64,000 bases of DNA from Acanthaster planci (lineage: Eukaryota): assembly GCF_001949145.1 (NCBI RefSeq), contig NW_019091355.1, positions 5,157,518-5,221,517 on the forward strand, read 5' to 3'. The position numbers were made by a program, and so were the translations under genes. This document shows positions 27,801-39,800 of the stretch, in pieces (position 1 is the first letter of the stretch; each line of letters opens with the position of its first letter). The notes beneath the pieces are model-generated. The model worked only from the letters and a program-made list of their open reading frames with translations. It was not told where the DNA came from and did no database searches.

Positions 27801-30800
27801 CACAGAGATCTTTCTGTGTGCAGAGGCCATGACCGGTCTTTTGTTGTAAAGGAACGCTAAAGACAGGGGATGCCATTCGGACGTGGCCAACTGCAGGTAC
27901 CTCGAACAAAAGAAGGTGTTCCTGGTGTTAGCACGTGTGAGAACAGCCAATAAATTTTTGATTCTGCACCTTGCAGTTCAGTGTACACACATATAATATC
28001 TGCCACTGAGGACAAACTAGAAACTTGCAGTCTGGATGCATCTATACAAAAAAAGGACTGGAACTCCGTGAAACTAAAATGTTCCATTTCCATATGACTT
28101 TTTGAGGAAAAAAAATCATGAGCCCATCCTGATAGGATTTCACATCTTTAGTCAGCTCTAGAGGTTCACAACTTTAAACATTCAGGACAAATGGGAAATT
28201 TATCTCTCTTCACACCTCTCCCATAATTTGAAATAGCTTGGAAGCTCCACTTGGAACACTGTGTTCTCATTCCAGAACATGCAGAAATTCTGCTGGGAAC
28301 ACAGCGCCCCCCGGAATGCTGTCTCGGCACGAAAGCTCACCGTTCACGCTGATGCACGAACGTTACAATGGAATGCTAGCATTCCAGTGCAACTGAACGC
28401 GAATGATTTCCAATTTCTGGGAAGCTCACCCGTTTCCCTGCACTCTCCCCACTTACCATTTCCACTGGGCTGCGGAAGCGTGAACCCTTGAACCTGGAAT
28501 GGCGCCTCATAGATGCCCGAGTTGGGTCGCAGCTCGGTGTAGCCGCACTGGGTGAGCGACGAGATGAGGAGGACCAGGTTCCTCAGCGAGTGAATGGACT
28601 CCTCGTCGCCCATGGACTCCAACCTGAGGGGAAGGACAGAGTCGTGACTGACAACATGTCTTATCCATCTCAGATGGGGGCGAAATCACCTCCCACCTCC
28701 TGAATGAGTTGACAAGAAGCCAAGCAGGAGAAACAAAAAGGACCCAAGAAAAAACCTACAGAGAAGACACTCCCCGACCCCCAAAACGATTCCCCACAAT
28801 TTCATAAACCTGCAGTGGAGACTGATAAATCAGGTCGAATGGATTGCCCAGGGGCACAAAAATCTCAAGAAATGCAATCGAGGTATTTAGTTCATGAGTA
28901 AAAAAAAATTATACGCTATAGGATTTTGCTGATTAAAAAACAACAAACAAAACACCCAGAAAAGGGGGAAACATCAAAAAAGACTTGCTTCAAAACGAAG
29001 TCGGCGAGGAAGATGTAGCCCTGGCAAGATCGGAACTCATCAAGCAAGACTCTGGACTTGTCGCTGGAGTCCTTGAGGAAACAGAAGACAGTGAAGCACA
29101 TCTCCACCTTTTCAAGGGGTGTCAGTTCCTGCACGTGCTGCATGTTGTCCACGCATAAAGCCAGACATCCCTTATCTGCATATGAAAGAGAAACATCATT
29201 ATATGTTGGGATTGTGTGCATGTACCGGTAATTCACAAGTGCCTTTAAAGCCTGCAAGGGCCAATTTCATAGAGCTGCTTAAGCACAAAATCTGCTTAAC
29301 CCCTTCGCGAGGGATCCTCAGCCTGCTTTTCAGCTACTATTCTCAGCTCACACTGAAGCGAACACGGTGAAAGAAGGCAGACGCTGGCTCTTGTATATAT
29401 GGTCATTGGCCTTTGTGTGTAGCCCAGAAATGAAAAGACTGAATTTGCATCATGATCACCAGCTTCACAATAGTCCCCACTTTGAAAAGAGGCAACGGGA
29501 ATGTGGAAGCGTGAGAATTTGCAGTTTGGCAGGTGGCCTTCGTGGCCAAGCGAGGCTGGAATGATCGGAGTCGGCTTTCAGAAAAAAGTTTCCGTCGTCG
29601 AGGGGTTAAGCGGGAAAAAACTTTGCTTAAACAAAGTTTACCAGCTCAAACTCTATCCGATTGTCATGCTAACCACAAAACAGCTAAATATAATCTCAAA
29701 CCAATATACATCACACAGAGTTTTGGCTGGTTACCTGATTTATCAAGTAAGGTTTTTGGCGCTTAAGCAAATTTTGTGCTTAAGCAGCTCTATAGCCCCT
29801 GGTTTCCATATGGTCATTTGTAATGCAGAGTGTGGACACTCGCGGACGAGATGTTGCAAGACGTCATTCCACCAAAAAATTTAACAAAATGGTGTCCGAA
29901 ACTCACAAACTCTTCACCAAAAATGCCTTTTTTTGGTGGCAATGTTGCCTCTTGAAGCCATCAAACTCCTGTTTGAAGTAATTTTTTAAAATCAGCTATT
30001 TTGTTGACAACTGGGGCTACATATGCTAGTAATAAGGAGAAAATGGACAAACTGAGTGGTACTAAGCCAGAGAAACATCGTTGTGCGCCTGTCATACCAG
30101 CACGCGTGTTTGTATAGGCCTACTTGGCGACTCAACTTTGCCGATCCGTCTGGGGCTGGTTTGCGTTATTTCCAGGTTATCTGTGATACTTCCGTTTGAC
30201 ATGTTTCCATATATCTACGTTGCAGTTTGCATCTTGATTGCGTTGCTCTCTGTGTTTCTTACGTCGATATGGAAACCAGGCTTGATTGTTTTTACTACAT
30301 GTACCTGTACGACAGTGGTGAGTCCTGTCACTATTAACAGTGAGATAAATAATGAAAGAACGCCTTTGTTACAGTTTGTGTTTAGGGTGGCACAGGTGGC
30401 TAAGGTTTAAAGCCCTCTCCTCTTGCCACTGTGGTCCTGGGTTTGATTCCCAGGCCATGGGTCATTCCTTCATTTCATATGATGCCACAAGGGTTTTCTC
30501 TGCACTCCCTTACCCCCTCCTCTCTCCAGACCAAAAAAAAAAAAGTCAACTCTTGTGATCTCTAGCTGTGCTCCATGGGCAGATGTGGGTTGTTTAGTGG
30601 CTGCCCGAGGCACATTACAGTGTATGTGGCTTTGGCTTGACCACGCTGTGGTTTAGTCTTTTGCTGCACGGGACATCTGAACATAATAGCCTGAAATCTA
30701 TACAGTGCGAATGAATGACTTGTTATTAATACTATGTTGTCTCGAAGCTTATAATGTGAAGACTTTTGATGACAGATTTCAAAGTCTAATGTATTTTCTT

Positions 30801-33800
30801 TATCTTTGGAAGAGCAGATTGACAAGAACTACACTTGAAAGTTTGATGTTTGAAGTCAATTCATGATTCATGTGCTTGGAGGAACTCAGTTTATATGTCA
30901 AGAGCTGCTGGCACGGTACACTTGTTCAGAGAAGACGTCATTAGCCCAAAAAAAGGTCAGGATGCTTATGTTGTACATGTCCATGTGTGGTGCATGTGAT
31001 TGATTCCTGTGTGGTTTTCACTTAGGCAAGCTAATTCCGCGTGACATTTCTGCCTAGCCGTTTGGAATGGATTCCGTACACCCGCAGGAAATTACAAACC
31101 GGGATGTGATGGGAAATCCTGCACGTTTAAAATGGGCATCAAATCCCAGTCAACATCAGAAGAACTTTGTAACCCGAGTAACCATGGTGAACAGTACACG
31201 TACCTGGACACACCCATTACCATGACCTTTGACACAGCAGCAAAAAATACAATATACAGCAACAACAGCAGAGACAATTTATACCTAGTGTTGGTAAAAA
31301 AAAAATACACGCCAGTTAGTTTCAATAAATCCACACGACACAGATGGAAAATATTAATTCCTGGGGGAAAAAAAGGAAAGCACAGATGAAAATAAGAAGA
31401 AAATAAGAGAAATGTCATGTTGAATGCAGTATGTCATCTGCCACCGGGCATTTTTGCCAATAATGGCATCATTTCAATCATACATCGACTTTTGAGCTCA
31501 GCGAGATCTCCTTCAAAAACCTCCTGAAGAGAGATCTCTCCAGGATGAAGTTGATTCATGATGTCAGAGCGCAAAGCGGCCCCTTGGGAGACAAGAGAAG
31601 ACGCCAAGATAAAAAAGAATAATAATCTTCTCAAGATGCGCGCCTGAGATTGGGAAGATCTTGAGAGGAAAGACCGGAGAGAAATCTTGCGGATGAATTC
31701 CCCGGGAAGTTGATTGGTATATATCTTGTTGATCTGGCTACGGGGCAGCGATATGTTGGGTGCAAAAAACGTCCATGTCTGATCCAAAGGCCATTTCCCG
31801 TTGTTTCACAGCGATGTGAAGAAAATTTCAGACATAAATCCATCACGGTAAAAATCGTGAGGATTTTTGGCCACCACTCCTGTATGCAATAGGTTTCTCA
31901 CTGCATCCTCAAACACAGTTGATGCTTCTTGTACCACTTCGTACTAGAACCTTTCCAGTCCAAACTCATTCAATAAAAGTCACAGATAAAACATTCATTC
32001 TTTGGAACAAGCCTCTCTGTCTGACTATGTTACACTCCTGAGCACACAGCTGACCCACAAGTACATGTAAGCCAGACGATGTGCTTTTTATCAGGCCAAG
32101 GATATACTCTTGCACCTTGTGGTTATATCGAGGAAGTAAATGTTTTCCATTTGCGTGAGCATCAAGAGTAACACAACGTGATCCTCCATCAGGCAAAATC
32201 TGACAACCATCGGAGAACAGTCAGTAAACCACAAGGTTTTTCACAATTTAGCCTACTATTTAAACATACTGATGTGCACGTGCCGCTAAGTGTTGAAACT
32301 GACATCTGACCCTTTACTTTTTTGTGACTAAGATCAAAAAGCACCTTGAGTTTTAGGACAGATGTCCAGCTGCACACATGAACGTCAAATCTCTAATGGG
32401 AAAAGCGAATGAGAACTTGCACATTGGAAAGTAACTGAAATTGTGAACATTTACAGTGTACATTCTGCCATTCCTTCTCGGAGGCAGGTGGAAATTTCTG
32501 GAGACATACATGTACATGTATGAACTCAAGTGATCAAAACTTCCATTTAGTGACGAATTCTATCAGACGTACTCATATTTCCAATTTAGGCTACAGCTCC
32601 TTTCGCAGGTGTTTTCTAAGTCCTCATATCTTGAACGTGTAGGTTATTTATACAAATGTCATTCTGGCTTTCATTATACTGGTACTTTGTGAGGAGCAAT
32701 TTCATAAACTCTTGACAGCACATGGACATGTCCCTATTGGCGGTGAGTTGGAAGAGTACACGTACCTTTTCCATTTCTGAAGACTGGGAGTATAGTGTAT
32801 GAAATGGGAACATGCACAGTACGTACACTGTACATACATGCACTCTACGTGTACATGAATGCTTCCACAGAGTGGTGTTTTGCTATGCCACTGAGGAAAG
32901 GGCACTGCATTTCCTATTGTTTCTGCGATGTAACAATCTCCCATAGACGAAGCACAGGCACTTACCATTGAGGACAACACACTGACTACCACTGAAGAAG
33001 GAAACACCTGTCTTATTTACCATTTCGAGATATTTTCTTTTGGTGTCAGGGGATTGGAGGAACTCATCCAAGTGCGTAAATGTTATGAATGCAATTTTGG
33101 ACATCCCGTTATCCTCCTTTGGTTTGGTCTTCAACTTTTTTCAAAGGAATCCCATTGGACTTGTACACAAGTTTTCCAATAAGGGAACCCCCACATATTC
33201 AATCCTGGACTGACCGTCCTCTGCCATTGTCCAATTAATGTCCTCTGTGAATAGAGGAGCAAACTCACTGTGTATGTACTGCACCACGTCCTGAGTCAGC
33301 CCATGCCGGGAGATGGTAGTCAGCACCTCGGCGGCCCCCTTCCTCCAGGGGCTGTTGTGAGGGGGACACCAGCTGGTGATAGCGCTGAAGAGGAGGGTCA
33401 AGTCGTCCTTCTTGGCCAGCTCGTCAGCCGGGCCTGGGTAGTTGCAGAGTTTGACGAGGAGCTGAGTGCAAAACAAAAGAATAATGCAAACAATATCATT
33501 AAAGCATTTGTTAAGTGCACAATATCTGACAGCATCTGTCAGACAAGGGTGCTGATAAATTATCATTATCCTTATTTGGCTCACAACACCTGAGCATTCC
33601 TAAGACCGTCTCAGCTCCAAGGCAGGTATGCTAGCCCCGATGTTGCCATTTCAGGCACAATTTGACAAAAAGCAAAACATAATAACCATATCTGCCCTGG
33701 CAGGTAGTGCCCACTTACTCCTTGGTGAAGAGAAGCGCGCAAGGGTCAAATGACCTGCCCAATGTCACAGCATGTAACTCGCTGCTATGATTCCAATCCC

Positions 33801-36800
33801 TAACCCCCGTGACCAGAAGCTATAAACCCTAACGCCAGGCCAGCACTTCAAGCTTTCCAAGTCTCTGACCCCGGTTTGATTTCCACCCATTGCAGCATTA
33901 GCTCTACGATCCCTCTCTAATTCTGCGAGTTTCCCAGACACCCATCTTGTTTCATCTTCTCTTTTTTCCTACTTAAATGAGAATGTTTTAATCCTCTTTC
34001 CCTCAGTAGGTTATTTCTAGCCTTCGGAGCTCCGGCGCAATTGCCCCAAGATGATAAAAAATCCTTCACACCACAAAATGAACTGAATCAAAACAGGAAT
34101 CTTCAGCCATATCAAGCTGGCTGCATGATGCACTTGAAATCTGTGGATGTCCAGGGGCTTGGCAAGGTGACTCACTCTCGCAAAATGAAAGTTGGGCTGT
34201 CTTTTCACTCATCTGACTCATCACACCACCGAACGATTGAGGCTGTCAATTAACTTAAAGTTCGCTTGATACGAAACTTCCATTTTCATTCTCTCGTGAA
34301 TCTCAATTCTGATTGTTTCTAGTGTATTGTTTGTGCAGGCATGTGACAGAACAGTCAGAAAACAGAGGAAATTCCAAGCTGGAGAAGACATAGCACAATT
34401 TGTTTTTATTCGGTAATGGCATACAATGGAAGGAACAAACAAGGAAATCGTCTGGAAAAAAAAAGTTTCATGTCCGAGAGCCCCTTACTTTCGTTAAATT
34501 ATTTTTACAGCCCTGTTTGGGGAATTTGAGTTACATGTACATATATGTACTTTCCAGATTTTGAGTTTTTTCCACGACTTGTATAAAATCAATATACATG
34601 TACATGTACATACATGTATGCCTCCAGTATACATCATCGCTATACTGAATAAAAAAGTGACATTCATGCCATTGTGTGAGAGCAGGTTAACTACATAAAA
34701 TTTATTTGAGGTCCTATGTTTGTGCCAATTACTTATACACTCCTCTGGGACATGGGAAACAGTTTGCCATTAAATTTGTAAGAATAATATAAAAAGGGGA
34801 ATCACGTTTTCAGATGCGACAAAGTGTCTGATTAGAACGTATGCTATGTGCCAGTCAGATCACTGTACATCAAATGTTGTGCCAAAATGCAACTTTTGTG
34901 ATGGCTGACTTGAAGGTACATTTGCAGCAGTCCTCTGACAAAATTACTGTTGCCCAGCACGCTTGGTTCAGAGATAGTTATGGGCCTAAGCTCCCTGTGA
35001 AATAATTCTTTTAGGCAGACCATCATTTTGAAGAAAGCAATGATAGGCCATCCCAAAGATGTGTCTAAAGATGCATTTTTGGAAATCGCTGTCAGTGGTT
35101 GGTTTCTGATTCGGAAAAGTGTGCAGAAGCACTGGCTTGACTCACGTCGTGCATGATTCCTATAATTCATGTACACAGCATTAGGCAGCAAGTACCGGTT
35201 GCTGCAATCGGGTCAATAAGAATGTGTCCCAGACGCTCAATTTGGGCTCTATTCAAAGCATAACTCTACAACTTTGGATTTGAAAATAAGATCCAAGAAT
35301 ATTGTTTTTCCAAGAATATACAGCATTCACTGAACTTAAACTTCACAGGGTTAGTTGTAAGTCACTTTTTAAGGTTTTGAGCGCCTGTGTAGCCTCAAAC
35401 GAATGATGGGCCTCACCTTTAACCTACCAGTACATACATATCTATACACGTACATGTACATGTGATCAAATTGTTTGCAAACTGGTTAATTCCAATCAAT
35501 TCATGGATGTAGTTGTCCATTACTCCAGCCAAGAATACCGATTACCAGAAAATTGTCAATGACAGCGACACAGCGGTTCCAAGTACACACGTACTGTACA
35601 TGCACAATGTACAGATGTACTTGGTACGGTATGTTTAATGTATGCAGAGGAAAAGCACAGTTCTTTAAGCTGCATGCGTGGTATCGCAAGACAGACGAAT
35701 ACACATTCTCTGAATGTGAACATAAACAGCAGTGAAGGTTTCAATATTGCTCACAAACTTTTACAAGTAAACTGAGTTTGTTTTATTTTCGCATCTTCTT
35801 TAACCTTTGTCATTCCTAATGCTGTCAGGGATCTACATACAGGTATCTGTCCTTGCTAGTGCCCTCAAGACCACAACTGCCAGACTACAGTGGGACTGAG
35901 ACCTTTGATGTCTCCACTGCTGGTGGTAACGTACACGTACAAGTACAGGTACTGTATCTACATGTGCTACATGTATTATTCCAGATTTTAAACTTGATCA
36001 GGCCACTTCAAGTGACCGTGTTTTTTACTCAACTGAGCCAAAGTTGCAGAAAACAGAGGGGCATCACAAACACATACTCAGAAGCCACAACAGACTGTAT
36101 GCAAGGGGAAGTTCAGAAATGTACAGAATTGAAAGTAAAGCAAAATGAACACTGGGTTTGAATGATGAGGAAGAACTGTCATGTCCCCCATTTGAACTTT
36201 CACTTCCAATGATGAAACACTAGTGAACTGTACCTACATTTAATACATACTAGGGAGATATCCCCAGGTATGGGACAACTTCCAGGAATCCCACAACCAT
36301 TTACATTAAAACTGTCATCAGCACCGGCAACTGGCCAGAGTCGAGTGACAAAGCAATGATTGACTTACATATTTTAATAAATCAGTCTCCTGATTGTTCA
36401 AATCACACTCACAGATTTACAGATACAGCTCATTCTTCCAAAAAACTATTCCACAAATGCCACCCACCTGCACGACATATTTGTGGAGCAGCTCCCTCCT
36501 CTTGGCAGGGGTGATTGTCTCTCCTGAGCTCTCCTCCTTCCTCATCCCCTCGCCACCCCCCTCGTTCTTCATGGAGATCTCCGGCAGGTCAAAGAAGAGG
36601 TAGAGACACTTGACCAGGGTGGAGGGCAGGGCCGCCATCATCATGGTGTTGACGATGCTCTGGCCGCCGCCCGCCAGCAGGTTGAGGGTGGACAGCAGCA
36701 TCCAGCCGTTGCTGCTCTCGGCCGTGGACTTGATCTCCAGGTACTCGGCGATGGAGCAGCTGGCCGCCTCTGGGGGTCGAGAGGGAATCAAAGCAGGGAT

Positions 36801-39800
36801 TACTTAATTAGATCCTGTTAGAACTTTCCGAAGTCCTCAAAAGTGGAGAAAATGGGAGGACTGAGGTTGTATAGGGAAAAAAATATCAGGCTGATTTCAA
36901 AGGATGTATTGTATCCAGGTCTTGGGCTAAACGCTGTGTTGCTCAGCCATGCATGAGGTGAAGGCCTAATGTAGATTACAGTGGACACCATTCACATTGC
37001 TCCATTCCCAATGCCTTAACAATACTACCGGCGGGAAGAGGATTTCAAAGAATTACCGCGGTCATCCCTCCAAGGGACACATCTTTTAATGGAGGAACGG
37101 GACTGCATCGGTTTCACAGGCAGTGGGAGGATTTAGCAGGATCCAGGTTGCATCCTAGCAAAAAAGACTGAGGGAGTTTGGATCGAAAGACTTGCTGAAA
37201 CTCCAGGCACAATTGAGAGCTGACGGTTGACGTCAAACTGTCGCTGACTTTGCACAGTGGATTTGATCTGTCTGAACCTCTCTAGCTGTTCTGAGAGTTT
37301 GGGCAACTACGAAAGTCTAGGGATGAAGAGGGGCTCGAGAGGTGTTGAAATGATTACACGAATGTGGATGTACACATTCGTTCAAGTATCTTTTTTTTTT
37401 AACTCCCAGCACAAACTGGGAGCTTAGTCCTGACTTTCCAGTGCAAAATCTGAACATCGTGTTGATTATTAGCTATCGGATTATCGGCTGCCCTAAGCTG
37501 TGAATTTTGATCAGTCTTAATTTGCTTGGGGCAAAACTCCTAATACACATGTATGGGACAAAACAGAAACAGGACACTACAAACCTAGAGAGGAATTAAC
37601 AAGATTCTAAAGACGAAAAGGAATAGCAATGATTTGTGATTCCCATTTTAAATATTACTCTCATGTGACAGTAGATTTTGTGTTTCAATAACCGTGTACA
37701 TGTACATAATGTACATTGAAGGTGTTAATATTCATGATGAATGCATTTAAACTGACAGGCTTCAACCTTATATCTCCCACATGTGGATCCACCAAAAATC
37801 AAACAACTGTTTGCGAGTGAAAATGCTCAATCCGGAACTAGACAAGCCACTGTTACGACATTGGGCTTATACATGTATGCACTTGTAAAGAATCAATTTT
37901 TTTGATTTTTTTTTTCAATTTCTGGTAGTTTTTTTGAAGAAACCAATATTCAAGACTCTGTGAGGTAGAAATTTTAATATAAATGCCTGCTGCATGTTTG
38001 GATGACATTTAGATGCAGACGGCTCAGACAGAATCTATGTAAAGTGAATAATCACTCCAAGGTTTTGGGCTGGCCTATGTTATGTACTGGTAGGCTCGCT
38101 ACATGTACAGTCAGGCATCACGTCTCCAGATGGATATGTACCCAACCAACACAGGAGTTTGCATAATACCACCATTATCGGGATCGCATGTCCTTTTCTG
38201 AGAGGGTTTTGTATAAATGTTCAATAATATTTCCCCGTGGGATAAGGAATGTGGATACTGCACTTTACGTACCGGTACATGTGCAAATGTACGTGTTCAT
38301 GTGTGTGTGCATGTGAAAAGAGTATCCATCTTTCAAACCTCACATGTACATGTATACAGGTACATGTACATGTAGTTTCCCCGAGTATATTTCCACAGTG
38401 GAGGTCAAGGTAAATGTAAACATGTGTAACGGTGCAGGTAGACTAGATGTAATGGTGTACATGTATGTGCACATGTACATGCAGCAATCAGAACATCTCC
38501 ATCAATCCCACACACATGTTAATGTTAATCACACGCTCGGCCCTGTCTTCCTGTAATATTCCCACATTCTGAGACTTGTTCTGATGTGGGCAATTCCAGA
38601 AATCGGGGGTCCAAAAGTGTGACATTTTCGTGTCCCTGTTAATCTGACCTTTGTTATATGACATGGAAATATCACCAGAATTGATTTCAAACTATTACTA
38701 TTTGTTTGGCAGGTAATTTGCATTAATTCATCACTCTTGGAAATTCGAAAATGTGTTCTGAACTTACAAAATTAAATATCAGGTGTGAGAGGGACACACA
38801 ATAAATGGACCCCTGATTTCTGGAATTACCAATATTCAGGTTTTTGTCAGAGAAACAAAATTTTGGTACAGGCAACATTTTGATTACATGAAAAAGTACA
38901 CATTTATAACTTTCTCTTGATGGAACTTGTTGGTTTTTCTTTTTGGATCAAGAAGGAAAAACCTGAAAGCCTTACAAATATTGCATTTAAATTGATTAAG
39001 AATTAAATTAGCCAGCCTTTACTGGTGATATGTAAATCAAACTAGAACAAAATACTGTAAGATGAAGCTATTTCTGGGCTTAGACAAGATTTATATAACG
39101 GGTTTTGCCCTTACCCAACATATATATTGATAAACACTGTATGCTCAGTGCATTTCCGAGAGCTTGCGAAAAATTTCACAAGCTTACTCGGGTGGGACTC
39201 GAACCCACGACCTCCTGCTTACTAGTGCAGACGTCTTAACCGCTCGACCATCGAGCTTGCTGTGGTCAGCTGGCCGGTCCCAATCATGTCTAAGCAGCGG
39301 GTACTATTAGACGAGATTGTTAAGCTGGTATGTTTTATCAGTTGCTACACCTCATAAATACTCATGAGCAAATCGGCGTGCGTCATTGGCCGATTCCACC
39401 TCGCGTCTGGGAAGTAGAAATGATACGCAACCAGGTGACATCATAGCGGTGAGTATCCACCTCGCTGCCATGCGGTAGTTTTTTCTGGTAGTATAAAAAA
39501 ATCCCTCTGGAAACTGCCGCGTAAATATGTGGTCTGTGTCATGTAATCTTTACGGAACCATTCTTGTGTTGTATCCCAATAGCTATTTCAGTAAAGACCC
39601 AAAACGTATGTAAGCACCAGACTATTGAAGCCCTGTTTCTGCACATATCCGCACTCCACTATCATAACATGGAAATTCAGCAGCTGAGAAACAACAATGG
39701 CGTCTGTGAGTACAAGTAACGTGAGATTTCTGTTTGAATATTTATGAAATGTAGTAAAACAAATACAGCATGGTTTATTTCGGGAAAATTGTGGCAATTA

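Noticed and set aside
39160..39260. Possible tRNA gene
   Set aside because: It has A/B boxes but no convincing acceptor stem or oligo-T terminator, and a diverged second copy exists; treated as a repeat head.
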